Part shown: piece by piece, positions 50,301 through 60,472 of the stretch
How positions within the stretch are numbered: the first letter of the stretch is position 1
Layout of the letters: every line of letters starts with the position of its first letter
From: Antedon mediterranea
Lineage: Eukaryota > Animalia > Echinodermata
Direction of reading: 5' to 3'
Assembly: GCF_964355755.1 (NCBI RefSeq)
Contig: NC_092675.1
Coordinates: 11,155,812-11,219,811 of the forward strand
DNA length: 64,000 nucleotides
Made by a program: the position numbers and the translations under genes
The notes under the pieces: model-generated
The model's input: the letters and a program-made list of their open reading frames with translations, nothing else
What the model was told of the DNA's origin: nothing
Database searches by the model: none

Positions 50301-53300
50301 ATTTGTTCTAATGTAATAAAAATCATACAACTGTCAATAAACCATTAATTTTGACCTTTGACATATAGCCGGCACAAATATTTTTGGCTTGGAGCACACT
50401 TTTCATATCTCAGAAATTGTTGGGCGGATATGGTCATACTGTAGTTGTATTTCTATTTACTTTAATGGACAACTTTGGCCAAAAATGACCGTGGTCAAGA
50501 AAATAGCCATATCAATATCTCAGCAACCACTAGTCAAAAAGTTACAATTTTAGTCTCAAATTACTCGCAATATACAGTATATATAATTATATTTCCTCTA
50601 ATACAACAGAAATACACAATACACACCTTATTTTGACATTTAACCTATAGCTGTTACAAACATAGCGAATTGTCTTGCTTAATATCAAAATATCAGTGAC
50701 TGTTGTGTGAGTATGGTATATACTATGAATAGAAAGTCCTAGTAGATAATTCTATTAATTTTAATGAATAACATCACAGTTAATCTCTCGTCACCAAGAT
50801 CATTATTAATATTTAGTATTATAATTACAATCTAAACTATATCACTGTTTAACAATTTTAAAGAACTCCGGTAAATGAATGACAAATGCTATACAGATCA
50901 AATTAACCATAGTATGACTATATATTATGTTGGAATCATTAAGTTATTATAATTTACAACTAATACTAATTAATAGGCTTACCATGTTTGTATGACAATG
51001 CACAGTGAACCTTTAACATCATTCCTACTACTTAGTATGTGATTTTAATTAAAACTAAAAATTAATAATTCTAAAGAACTTAGGTTTGTTTTGTTCAGAT
51101 TTTCCAATGTTTCCCTCCATTAAAAGAAGCTGTTTGATGTGAATCTTTTTATTACAAATGAACAAAAATATGTAAATTAGTTGCATAGTTATCTTTATTC
51201 ACAAACCTATATTTAGGATACTAGCTTTAATTAAAATCACATGCGCACTGATGGTATGATGGTTTACTATGCAATGTTTATTCATTTATTTGCTTCTTAA
51301 ATTATTAGTAAATCCAACAAAAAGGAGAATGAGTAAATAACAATAATGTCCTTTAGGATTATTATAACATAGTCATACTACTGTAGTAACGGTTTTCTTA
51401 GATTTTTCTTTAGATTTTGATAATTTTTAACACAAGCAAGAAAGACACTGGGTTGAATTGAGAAGTTTGATACTATTGTACCAACTAAAAGATCAATGTT
51501 TCCATTTTCTTTCCTAATTATAACTTTCTGACTAGTGGTCAGAAAAGAGGTTTCTGTCCACTTTCGGCAAACGTTTCCCATTAGAGTGAATAGAAATTTA
51601 GGTCTTCTGATTAGTTTGGTACAAACAGTATTCCAATACACCCAGTAGTTACCAAGCTACGCACAGTTCTAACTTTGACCATATTGACCTTTTGGCCCCT
51701 GTACTGACCAAGCATCCCAATTTGTTTTCTGCCAACAGCAAAAAGTTTTTATTGATATATAAGGAAGCAAAAAACATTGTTAACATAGTTTGCTAGAGGG
51801 TGCAGGTAAACCCTTCCTGGCTCCCTAACTGAGAGTAACGTTGCATAACCTATAAGAAATAAAATGCAAAATTATGAATGTTTTTCCTTTCAGACTGAGT
51901 TTGTATCAAAATACAGTACATCTGGTGGAGGGATGTATGTTGTCAGTATCCTTAGATAGTGAATTAAAATAAAGGTCTAACTTTTAAAGCCAAACTTCTC
52001 AAACAACTATAGTAATCTAATGTAATTTTGGCAAAGGTGCTTTAAATCAATACACGAATCAATGACTGGACAGAGGCTTAAAAATTAGAAGATTTGGTTT
52101 TTAATTTAACATAACACATAAATTTGAAATGTCAGTTTATCTCAACGTCTATTTCCAGTTAATTTTCATGTTAACTTCATGCCTGATAGATATTTATAAG
52201 GCTGTTAAGGAACTCTGTATAGCCAGTCTAGGATCTACAGTACAAGAAAGGTTTGGCCAGAAAAGTTACAGAATATTTAAGTTGCTACTGACGAAGAAAT
52301 ATTTAGAACAGAAACAGATTGAGGATTTTGCTCTAATACCTGCAAAAGAAGCCAAGGAAATGCTATACAAAATGTTTGCAGAGCAGCTTATTTCGGTGCA
52401 AGAGATTCCACGTACACCAGATCATGCACCATCTCGCACGTTCTTCCTATTCAATGTGAATGCTGACCAAGTGTGTCGCAATATTCTGGAACGATCATAC
52501 AAATCTATTGTGAATCTATTCTTGAGACGCAATCATGAAACTCAAAATAACAAGTAAGTTTTATAAATACAGAACATATTTTAAAGTTGAATTGACAATA
52601 GTGAGCTTTCGCATCGGGAAGGTAGACAAAAGGAGACGGTAATTTATACGTAAGATTAACCTGTGCATGCGTGTAAAGCCATGTATAAACAGTTCCATTC
52701 ATTATCGCAACTGTATTGGGTTGATTTACCTTTGGTCCGACAGGACAGAGAGACGTTTACTGTATGACGAAGAGGCTTACCGCCACCGCAAGAGAAAAGC
52801 AGGATGGAAGACACTTTATACAATTCCATCACCATGTTAATGTACCATCTCCTGTCTTTTACTGTCCCAATAAATGTGAAACCTCACTATGTATTTATCA
52901 TATCTTGAACACTAAAGGAACAGATTTAAATTTTGTTATCAGACGTGTAATTGAGAAATCTCAACGCGTGGAGGCAATTGCAGCATCTTTACAAAGCGCT
53001 GGAGCTGATGATGCACAGACTGCAGAAATAGAGGATATGATTACACCGGCAGAAGCTGCACAACTCAAACGTTACAAAGACAACATCTCAAAGTATGCCA
53101 TACAATAGTATTATAATTTAACAATTTAACTATTTTTGTCAAACTACAGTACCATCCAGAAATCATCTACCCTTGTACACATACTGTCCACGGGAAATAT
53201 TCGGAAATAAGAGATCAGCTACTTCCTGCTAAAAGTTGGAACTCGCTGTACAGCGTGCTCTACCGATCGTCAAAAAATCATGGAGCTAGATCATTATGTA

Positions 53301-56300
53301 AAACTTGACACGCCCATTCATTCATAAAACTAAAGATTCCAACGCTGTTATTTGACAAAAATAATCGGGGTTTCTCAGGCTAGGCGTTGTCAGTTTGTAA
53401 AACATTTTTTACAGTAATTTAAAAAAAATACATTCTATGCAGCCTAAAAAGAAAGTTAAAATGTAAATATGTCTTCACTTTATTTATAGTACAGTTATAT
53501 ATAATTTTTTGGAATTGATAGAAATATTGTAGTACTAGCAATTATACCCGCCCCAGGGCGGGTTTCAAAATTAGTTTTGAGAAGCCTTCTCAGTACATAA
53601 CACCAGACGCCAGTATCTCCCTATACTCACCAACCTCCATTCCTCTTCAATAACACCCCACACTCTTTTTTAAGGACAAATTCAATTCAACGTTAGCTTC
53701 CAATCGCATTTGACAGAGTTAGCCACCCTATCCTTTTGGATAAATTGCACAAGTATGGCTTTTGTGGGAACTTACTGAATTGGTTGCATTCTTTCCTGTC
53801 GAATCGTGAACAAGCTGTTTCTTACAAAGGCACTCTTTCCTCTTTGGTTCACGTTACATCTGGAGTGCCTCAGGGCTCGATGCTTGGCCCTATTCTTTTT
53901 AATATGTATATTGCTGATCTTTCTACCTTGATCTCATCCCACATGCCACAATATGCTGACGACACTGTTCTCTATAGAGTAATCAAATCCCCAGTTGATT
54001 GTGACTTTTTACAGGCTGACCTCAACTCTATCATTAAATGGGGTGAAACAAATCGTATGTCCCTCAATCCTGGTAAATGTAAAGTCATGGAAATAACCCG
54101 CTCGAAAAACCACAACTCTTTCCAATATTTCAGCCTTAATAATCAAATCGAAACTGTGTCCCACTCTAAATACCTTGGAGTTACTTTAACTTCGGATTTA
54201 AAATGGAACCAGCATATATCCCAATCTGTTAGTAAATGTAACAGACTTGTGGGTTTTATTAAACGTTGTGTTAAGACCAGTGACCACCTTGTTCTTTTAA
54301 AACTTTTCACAACAATAGTAAGGCCACATCAACAATGTACTATCAACCAAATCGAATCTATCCAAAGATGTTTCACTAGATCATATTTTCCAGGCTATTT
54401 CCAAACTATATATTCCCTCCGTCCATCTTACGAAGCTTGACTTACCTTCCTCAAACCGTCACCAGTCAAAATTGCTAAATTATAGCAGGTATCCTGCTAT
54501 ACTTTATTTGCACAAGTAATTAGCATTGTTTACATAATACAGTAGATTAATCAACTGATAACATGTGTAGTTTTTTCAGCATATCCTAACTTTTTTCAGA
54601 AACATATTTCATCACTTTAAACAAGATAAATGTGTTCAGAAGTATTTAAAACATACACATTTATCTTTGATTTGTAAAAATCCATCAAATATAACGTATT
54701 TTTGATACTTAGAAAAGTATTTAATTTCCTTAGAGGGGCCTTAGAGCCAAGACCTTAGAACACGAATGCTGTTCTGTCTGTTGTCTTCCCCCCACCTACC
54801 TGTGCAATGCTTGCCTGTATGCTTTGAATAGAAAACCGTTCAGGCGAAACGATCGACTTCCGGTAAAGTTTAGCAGGCTAACCCTCCCTCATGACTCCGG
54901 AGAGTTTGCGGACGCAAAGCTCCATTTCCTATTCTCCCAATGTAAAGTTTAGCAGGCTAACTCTCTCGTGGAGAGTTTGCGGACGCAAAGCTCCATCCCT
55001 ATTCTTCCAATGTAAAGTTTAGCAGGCTAACTCTCCTGACTCTAGAGAGTTTACAGACGCCAGCGCAAAGCTCCTTTCATAAAGTTTAGTTTGGCAGGGC
55101 GACATGTGACATGTATACTGTATTTTAATAATTCATTAGAAGATAATTAATAGGAAACTTATATAAAAGATGTGACCTATACCAATTCAAAATTACAATA
55201 ATTAAATTTAAAATGTGTTTATCGTGGACGACGTGTGAATATGTTTTTGACCCGGGCTTCCTTGTCCTTTGTGACTAATAATAGAGGCATATTTGCGTAT
55301 TTTAAAATAAATACGCAATAAAATTCATATAAATAAAAATTATATTATATAATATTTATTTTATACAGTATTATTATATATTAAAATGTATTTTATCTAT
55401 TAAGTATTTCAAAAAAATAAGTACAGATGCCGGTGGTGAGCAATATATGCGCACTTAAAATAACTTTGGAAAACACCCACCCTAGTTTCAAAACACGATC
55501 GCATGTCACGAGGTTAAAATAAAAGATGATGAAATTATTTTGTTATCAATCAGGCTTTTTAATTATATTATACTCCCCAAAATTTATTTTCTGCGATTAA
55601 AATTATAATTTTAATAAAAATATATTTTCCGTAAAATAATCTAATTAATTTAGTATTAGTATAAGACTAACATCAATTCTTTTCAAAACTACACTGTTTT
55701 ATTTGACATTGCGTGAACCTGAAAATCGCCAACGAAATGTCAACTATGTTACACCAATACCACTCATGGATAAGTAGCCTGCTACCAAGATCGGGCCAAC
55801 GCGACAGGCCCCAGTTTTTAGGGCTTTGACTAGTTCACGCACGATTTTACTGATATAGAAAAGATTATTTAAGTTCAGTTTATTAGTGTTAGATTGATTT
55901 TTAGGAGTTTAATTGATTATTTTGCAGTTAGGTCTAGGATGGCCTACTAAGCCTCTTTTATTTATCGTCTATTATATCCTGTATAATGGTTTTCACCCAT
56001 ATGCCTATTGTTCTTCAAACTTCTTTTCATAGGAGTCTACAATTAACAATAGGTCTGTAGTTCATTTCCTTTAATGTTTATTGGATTCTGTTCTTTGTTC
56101 ATTATATTGTCTATTTAAAAAATTAGCAGGCACAGAATAATAAAAACACATTCAAGTGAAAATTGTAATTATATCAGGTGCTTAATAAATATTTTGATAA
56201 ATTTTCAACATGTAAATTGCCGGCCCAATTGAAATGCGTTGTTTTGTCAAATAAGTTGACTCCAGTATGTTTCCTTGTACTAATAGGCCTATTGTTAAAT

Positions 56301-57954
56301 AATATTTATTTATTTTACTTACTCTGGACGCACCTTCATTCAAGAAGTGTGCCACTGTTTCAAAAGTGTAGCTTCCAAATAATTATTATATTATATGTAA
56401 AAAAAGTGGAGTAAAGTTACTTTAGGTAACTAATTATAAAAGGCATTCATTTTAAATGTGTTATAATTATAGCTAATTCTTTATTTTGTTATTTACTTCA
56501 TTAATATATTAGCTTTTTACTATATTAGCTTTTTACTATATTAATATTAGCAAGGAGTTATTTAATTACTTATGTGTACACATTGAGAATACCATAGATA
56601 TATTATATTGAAAATATCTCTATGAGAATCCCTACCAACTGTACTATCTTCAGACTAGCCAGCAAGTTTGGAATAGCCAACATGCATTTGAACAGTGGGG
56701 TGTGTGTAATAATTAGAATAGCCACAAGGATATCTCAGAAAAATTTGATATTTTATCATAACTTTTGAACTACTGGACAGATTTTTTTGCAAAAAAATCT
56801 ATAATAATTCTTCAAAAAATGCAAGTCTATAGCAATCAACTTAATAACGAAAAAGTTATTGTGAATATTACTGAAATTGTGTTCAGGCAGAATGAGTTTA
56901 TATCACACTTCCTGTTCACCAAGATAAATTAATCAGATACGATTTTAATCCTTTTTTTCCACTTTGACTGGTGACTCTACTTGTAAACCCCGGTTATACA
57001 ATAGACTTCAATTTCTTCAAGTTAAATTTGTAATTAAATGTCTCTACGTAGATTTTTTGGTTGATGGTGCATTGTTGCCCACACCAGTTTCTCGTAGAAA
57101 TTATAAATTAGTTTTTAGGCATATGGGTTCTCGTACCAATGCATTTTACCACTCTACTTTTGTTTCTTTTCCGAGGTTGTGGGATTCCCTCCCGATTGAA
57201 GTGACTGATTTGTGCCTTTTTGGTTCCTTTAAGTTTTTCCCGGCCTTATTTAATGTCTTTTGCTGTTAACTTGTTGTTTTTGACTGCACCAGAAGGAGAG
57301 TACTCACATAGTGACTTGGTCACTTTTCTACAATCCGCCAGACTGGTGTCAGTTTTCTTGTGTTTGTATTTTTGATTGTATTATATGTTTTATATGTCTT
57401 CTGGAAAATAAATGAATTGAATTGAATTGAATTCTACCCCAAGTGAAATGTTTTAGCCAAAAAAGTGCAATTCGGTAACCAAAAAGTCAACCTGTACGTA
57501 TACATACAGGCTTTGCGTTCTGGGACAGTAAATCAATGAATATTGTCTTGTTGATGAACATCCTTCCAGAGATTCAAAGTAAAAGCCCATAGACAGTTCA
57601 CTAGAAAAAAAAATTACTCAATGCTGTAACTGTTGAGTGAATGTCGGTTGTCATATTGTTACCTAATTAACCATGTTTTGTCCGAATTTCATCCACGGAA
57701 AAACAGTGTGGGTATGGTACATCTGTCCTGGATGGTACATCTGTCCTGGATGGTACTGTATTTGTAGCCAGATCTTAAGTCTGCTTCTGGTGAAGATTTG
57801 TGTCATAATCCTGGTAAAAATATGATATATATAGCTTTTTATTGACAAAAAGTTTGTTTTGTTTTTTTCTTTTAGATTGGAAAAGTCCGAGATTCAAGTA
57901 GACGAGGCTATCTTTATTTTAAAATTGTACTTAGAATATAGCAAAAGCTGTTGA
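23210..57954 (+). CDS. POLR3C: DNA-directed RNA polymerase III subunit RPC3 (RPC62); join(23210-23356,42948-43203,43316-43498,43916-43992,44387-44491,45106-45279,51894-51945,52190-52553,52943-53092,57876-57954), 1587 nt, 528 aa
   Basis: Continuous frame across GT-AG junctions; motifs RYPSYIYCAKSLYGDAGELIIEELL, YWGVNFDRFHQYMRD, GGGMYVVN, ERFG..RIFKLL..LEQKQIEDFALIPAKEAKEMLY, QEIPRTPDHAPSRTFFLF, LEKSEIQVDEAIFIL. Confidence 0.95.
26876..27199 (+). repeat. Gypsy 5' LTR (324 bp)
   Basis: TGTCATGTTATTG ... TAATCATAACA; a few substitutions and indels versus the 3' LTR. Confidence 0.95.
29436..29608 (+). repeat. DIRS left ITR
   Basis: Reverse complement of 34717-34887 except for the outermost about 15 nt. 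Confidence 0.93.
30005..31609 (+). CDS. DIRS gag-like ORF1 (534 aa)
   Basis: N-terminal Cys/His cluster CIQC...DRHMRCVSC..CSQSDPCEVC; LFFG motif; Arg/Gly/Pro-rich C-terminus. Confidence 0.88.
   Translation: MPKQECIQCRGPRATLKWDRHMRCVSCRTCSQSDPCEVCVRWTPAKFASLPRPAGRVIEEKAVAIAPQEERATVMDVLAENVPREEVPVVLAAPAHEAEAGSAPVPAAAAGFPDTELSPAIIQAIAAAVRAAPRDEPAVFPQPRPPIPYIPVPPPQTPLSYSEGPSMEEGYTSDRTMLTISDVERAAELRRPGEEGLQALVNKILPAVLEYLGIEYAFREPKPTPSTKRFSTFGVRTPLHKVTTCPVVPLDPELVNRVDAIARETSTRRPAPNILSCAFPVPRAQFDRYIVAPGVPDAAKDRVREDQGLEAGKTTYLAPTAAKTEDTLLTIDRAARETLRVTSVSGYLLSFLADPDHPREFDTEVIALLQQITGLIADQQAFVSLTSAAARRINVLQSTDITPAHYRRFTASESLGAKDLFFGSFAQKEDKWAREREARRETRARFPQKRRASRGRSGPSRPPPPLPAPVPPQSQPQSSNAPPARPDTQASTSRARTPYGNNSYRYGRTARGRAGRSGATQKSGRRPGAFARRR
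31610..33600 (+). CDS. DIRS pol: reverse transcriptase, RNase H and Dam-like methyltransferase domain; one frameshift near 31750
   Basis: VGGRL..F...W.....D.WVL..I..GY.I.F in the gag frame; then RPILNL, IDLKDAYFH, LPFGLSTAPRVF, YLDD, TDAS..GWG, HINLLEL, SDN, ADALSR, IDLFAT, YAFPP. Confidence 0.92.
31854..34517 (+). CDS. DIRS tyrosine recombinase ORF overlapping pol in another frame; recombinase domain about 33500-34517
   Basis: SRRESTLTVY..RLKHF..WC, KTAFLLALASCKRRGELHAL (R), LAKT, CPVRAL..Y, HQVR (HxxR), W, FTSHY (Y). Confidence 0.92.
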   Translation: MYRLRARVHRLLNRKKDRRLATHPKFKESKQAVHSSPEVSDGDNLIHPTGFKTWRLGSLDRPERCLLSRSYRRGRSTLATFQNPRPSVPIRRPAVRPIDGSARVYTHSQNAGVVLPQTWHKSVHVPRRLVGRGPVQGQTDEQSTICPSRNGTGRFHCQSGEVVPGADTIPVVPRSTDKSRYGLGISIPTTHRVCNECSTQSNICSCSDGLRMAQSTGLSGQLCCLSSVLPAAYETFTAASAGSLPTALRLPTQSGSVEYIHSDASRMVAGGRQVDCGNANSKISAGRPYRDGRFRDRLGRLLQGTSRLRPLDGRGGAIPHQPPRTLGSRKDLEGPSTSRGRSSRPYPFRQLDSGSIYKSSRRHEVPDVLLPPVDADVVVHRQQHHALGCPHCGQPQRCCGRSVPTNTMSYGMAPSTQHRRTDIRPLRAASHRSVCDVRQHAAPDLLHTVSGCACVGGGWPVHTLGRTMGVCIPTNITDSKCSDAHSAPSLPGPPDRPGLGSTSVVSTASRPALRSSPASSRSRGSADAGPSSVPIAELTIPAPDCMAIVRDQLRDSGIPDGPAALTAKSRRESTLTVYNSRLKHFFTWCRRQQVEPGSITLGQVCAFLHYLYESGLQVRTILGYRSAIGAITPTLKDGSSISSSPVITQLIRGMFRERPPVKVLIPRWDVNVVLAALTRPPFEPMSKATLYNVSLKTAFLLALASCKRRGELHALSLEPGHVRFERAGGRLVFRKDFLAKTQTLKFLPPAVFVPTITSFSAADGDKLWCPVRALKWYIHHTKTIRDGVSHLFVASVPPYRAAAKATIARWVVATIQDAYTSSDTPPPAHMHQVRAVSTLWALFSGVPVADIMEAAWWRTQSTFTSHYLSDISANVAPVATAILKPRL
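34585..34682 (+). repeat. DIRS internal complementary region (ICR)
   Basis: 34585-34629 is complementary to the left end 29436-29480; 34630-34682 is complementary to the right end 34857-34909. Confidence 0.93.
34717..34909 (+). repeat. DIRS right ITR (34717-34887) plus 22-nt right extension
   Basis: Inverted copy of the left ITR followed by CCAACACCATTTCTGGTTTGTG. Confidence 0.93.
35847..36167 (+). repeat. Gypsy 3' LTR (321 bp)
   Basis: Direct repeat of 26876-27199. Confidence 0.95.
38271..38559. mobile_element. Kolobok-like MITE, compact copy
   Basis: TTAA|AGATGTATTGTCCCC ... GGGGACAATACAACT|TTAA. Confidence 0.75.
39236..39982. mobile_element. Tc1/mariner(pogo)-type MITE
   Basis: TA|CCGTAGTTCCCCGGGTATAATCCCACC ... 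GGTGGGATTATACCCGAGGAACTACGG|TA. Confidence 0.8.
40290..41240 (-). pseudogene. L1/Tx1-type LINE ORF2 C-terminal remnant
   Basis: Degraded LWENKRI..GKSLYF..W.KSG, NAIPIEWK, KWE, KFAID motifs on the minus strand. Confidence 0.6.
41180..41836 (+). repeat. Near-perfect tandem duplication of about 325 bp; a second about 135-bp duplication at 41905-42235
   Basis: 41180-41503 repeated at 41509-41835. Confidence 0.9.
42948..43203 (+). CDS. POLR3C: POLR3C coding exon 2 (256 nt)
   Basis: ttctag|VKKALTVVIQ...RYPSYIY...LMEVVE C|gtatgt. Confidence 0.93.
43316..43498 (+). CDS. POLR3C: POLR3C coding exon 3 (183 nt)
   Basis: atcag|(Q)NKFVEEGTVRQKCVDLISTHFLQRAP...MYKIPKGMSPD A|gtaag. Confidence 0.88.
43916..43992 (+). 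CDS. POLR3C: POLR3C coding exon 4 (77 nt, basic NLS-like)
   Basis: tttag|(S)KINIRKRKLSETGADENPLKKKKTE|gtacc. Confidence 0.85.
44387..44491 (+). CDS. POLR3C: POLR3C coding exon 5 (105 nt)
   Basis: tttag|PAIDEGIYWGVNFDRFHQYMRDQVIVAAIKRRVDE|gtaaa. Confidence 0.92.
45106..45279 (+). CDS. POLR3C: POLR3C coding exon 6 (174 nt)
   Basis: cttag|NAAMIVQTMLRISEVTT...TLNQYLKILVEDQ|gtgag. Confidence 0.92.
45612..47139. mobile_element. Non-autonomous TIR transposon (hAT-like, 6-bp TSD)
   Basis: ATACAT|CAGACCTCCCAACT ... AGTTGGGAGGTCTG|ATACAT; CGGGAGA subterminal repeats. Confidence 0.75.
47865..49706. mobile_element. MULE-like element with inverted terminal arrays of (CTAGGACAA[C/T]TACCCCC)n
   Basis: Arrays 47865-48250 and 49440-49706 are inverted; flanking TATACATG duplicated, but ambiguous because it lies inside the satellite. 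Confidence 0.7.
49916..51831. mobile_element. Academ-like non-autonomous element with about 300-bp TIRs
   Basis: AGA|TAGTTGGGGAGCCAG ... CTGGCTCCCTAACTG|AGA; ends 62 bp before POLR3C exon 7. Confidence 0.7.
51894..51945 (+). CDS. POLR3C: POLR3C coding exon 7 (52 nt)
   Basis: ttcag|TEFVSKYSTSGGGMYVV A|gtatcctt. Confidence 0.9.
51946..52189 (+). other. Probable U12-type (minor spliceosome) GT-AG intron, 244 nt
   Basis: 5' site GTATCCTTA matches the RTATCCTT consensus; branch-like CATGTTAAC about 15 nt before the AG; no polypyrimidine tract. Confidence 0.8.
52190..52553 (+). CDS. POLR3C: POLR3C coding exon 8 (364 nt)
   Basis: gatag|(N)IYKAVKELC...QEIPRTPDHAPSRTFFLF...HETQN AA|gtaag. Confidence 0.93.
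52943..53092 (+). CDS. POLR3C: POLR3C coding exon 9 (150 nt)
   Basis: atcag|(K)RVIEKSQRVEAIAASLQ...EIEDMITPAE...NIS AA|gtatg. Confidence 0.92.
53535..55864 (-). mobile_element. Possible second Helitron family containing a LINE fragment and about 80-bp tandem repeats (54865-55090)
   Basis: Minus-strand hairpin ACCCGCCCTGGGGCGGGT followed by ...GCTAG|T; 5' TC end tentative. Confidence 0.4.
53700..54440 (+). pseudogene. CR1/L2-group LINE reverse transcriptase fragment
   Basis: AFDRVSH, SGVPQGSMLGPILF, YADD, KCKVM, KYLGV. Confidence 0.9.
56960..57433 (+). mobile_element. LINE 3' end with (TGAAT)n tail
   Basis: RTNAFYHSTF..FPRLWDSLP remnant, then AATAAA and TGAAT repeats. Confidence 0.7.
57876..57954 (+). 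CDS. POLR3C: POLR3C last coding exon (79 nt including TGA)
   Basis: tttag|(K)LEKSEIQVDEAIFILKLYLEYSKSC*; AATAAA at about 58031 and 58106. Confidence 0.92.
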
Positions 57955-59477
57955 ACTAAAAAAAACAACAAAAATAACACATAATTTGCACTCATATAAC
58001 TTGTAAGTTTATTGATGACAACTTGACAAAAATAAATAACACAAGTATTTTATTTGCATTCAATTGTATTTTTGGTCCGATATAGCAAGCAACAGACGCA
58101 CAAAAAATAAAGTATTCACACTGCATTACAACTTATTATTGGGTTAGAGGCAAAGATAATATAAACACACTGTTTCACAGATACCACATACCATTAAAAA
58201 GATATACTGTCCCCCTGAAAATATAATTAACATTTTGTTTGTTGAATACTGTATGCCATTTTAATGTCACATATACTTTATTCACTTTGAACAAAAATTG
58301 GATCGAAAAAAGAAAAAAAATACAGTATTTACCTGAAATTTTGTAAGCAAAAAATAGTCACACAATTGGCTGCCAGCCAGCTTATTTTGTCAAGTGAGAA
58401 CATTAATATTATTATTTTGCTACAATATGATTGACTAAAAAATGGCCTATTCAAAGTTTGAATTATTAATCTTCATGTTTTTGTGAGACAACATTTAGTA
58501 TAAATTAATTATATAGTATTCAGAACACACAAAATATACTAAAACACTGGACCTATACTCATTTGTCATAACTGCATATTATTTGAAGAATTTCAGACAA
58601 AATACATTATCGTATATACTCTAGTATGTTAAAGTATGGTGAATGTGTCCTGAATTGATTTTAGCTGCGATTTTATGGCCCTGGCATGTATTTTGTAAAA
58701 TCTCACTTAATTATATATTCACAACCATCATTATAATTGTACACAATTCATTATTTATAAATGTCACAATTGACACATTTTAGGTAGCACATTTACTACA
58801 TATTAACTTTGGTTTCTGAAGTTTTGGTTTGCTTGGTTTGAATAAAAAAATATTTTAAATTATTCAGTGTTACATACTGCTAAAAATGACATAACATTAG
58901 GGAGGTTTCGCAACGCTACGAATACGTAATACATTTATGAAACTTTTGAGCTGATCCCCATTTCATATTCGTAAAGCGTATTTGTGTTGACGAATATCAC
59001 ATATCATATTCGTAACTACAAAACGAGTATAGTTTTTTATTATTTTCCACATTTTGCATTTGAATCAGAAATGATTCATGATTATAATATAATTATAGAT
59101 TTATTGAAAGTAATTTACTAAAATAACAAGTCGATTTTGATAAATAGCAGTTTTTAAAGTGCTCACTCGCTTTGATGTTACGCTAGGCCTAGGCAGCCAA
59201 GCAACACGTACCTGCTGCGCTTCGAATTTACCGCAGTCACATTTTTTTTTTAGATCGACGGCGCCCTCGATTTTTGCAGGCTTACGAAAACGAATACATG
59301 TGCGTGACGTATTTGTGGCAAAACCGCTCTATTGCTAATTGAAAAACACATACTACCAGGATTACATTTTAAAATATATTTTAAAAAACATTACAATCAA
59401 GGTCAATACAATTTGCAGAATTATCAAAGCACCTAGTTTAAATTAATCCAGATTTACTTCAAATTTACAAAGTTATG

Positions 59478-59707
59478 TACTGTTCATTGCTGATCAATGA
59501 TAGGCTGAATCTTGTCAGTTGAATTCAAATACTGTTCATCGCTGATAAATGATAGGCTGAATCTTGTCAGTTGAATTCAAATACTGTTCATTGCTGACCA
59601 ATGATAGGCTGAATCTTGTCAGTTGAATTTAAATACTGTTCATTGCTGATCAATGATGGGCTGAATCTTGTCAGTTGAATTTAAATACTGTTCATTGCTG
59701 ACCAATG
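59478..59707 (+). repeat. 52-bp tandem repeat, about 4.5 copies
   Basis: TACTGTTCATTGCTGATCAATGATAGGCTGAATCTTGTCAGTTGAATTCAAA. Confidence 0.95.
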
Positions 59708-60472
59708 GTCAAAACACCTCATGCTATCTTAAAGGCATCATTGTTTCAAATAGTCAGTTTGTTAGCTGTTACAGACACAGCATTTGAATTGATTAAATTG
59801 CAGTGAAAAGCTTCTTCAGCTTAGAACAACTGCTTGATGTTCACGTAATTCCAACTGCTGTAATAAACAATAAATTGGTTATTCACAAAGAAAACACATT
59901 TAACAAAGCTAACACACTCATAATCAAAATAAACTGCTATGAGCAAGTATTTTAATGGTAAATTGTAGTGATCAAGGCAAAAGCTGCAACACACTAAGAC
60001 AATAACGGTAAATGGATAAATGTACGTTTTTCTCAGACATAAAACAAAAGAAAGTTCATTTTAGAATTATAGGATAACCATATATCTTTGATAATAAAAA
60101 ATCCAATCAAATGATACATGATCAATAAGAAAAATAAAATTGTATTGGCACAATATTATTGCTCCTACAAATCATGACGTCATTTTATTGGACATGTGAA
60201 AATATTATTTTCATCAATTAAAGGCAGCATATATGGTTATCCTATACTGTAGTTTCATTATTGCACAGAATACAAAATAAATTCATTCTCACCTTCAACC
60301 GCAAACTATTTGATGCTCCTCTTATTCTCTGGGACTTAGTTGATCTATTTTTGGTAGAAAATGTATGTATATATGAATTAATTATAAAATAGGAAGATTC
60401 AAACTGTGATAAATACCCTACAATAACAGTGTAAACATACAACAATACAAACTATACAAATATGATAACTAT

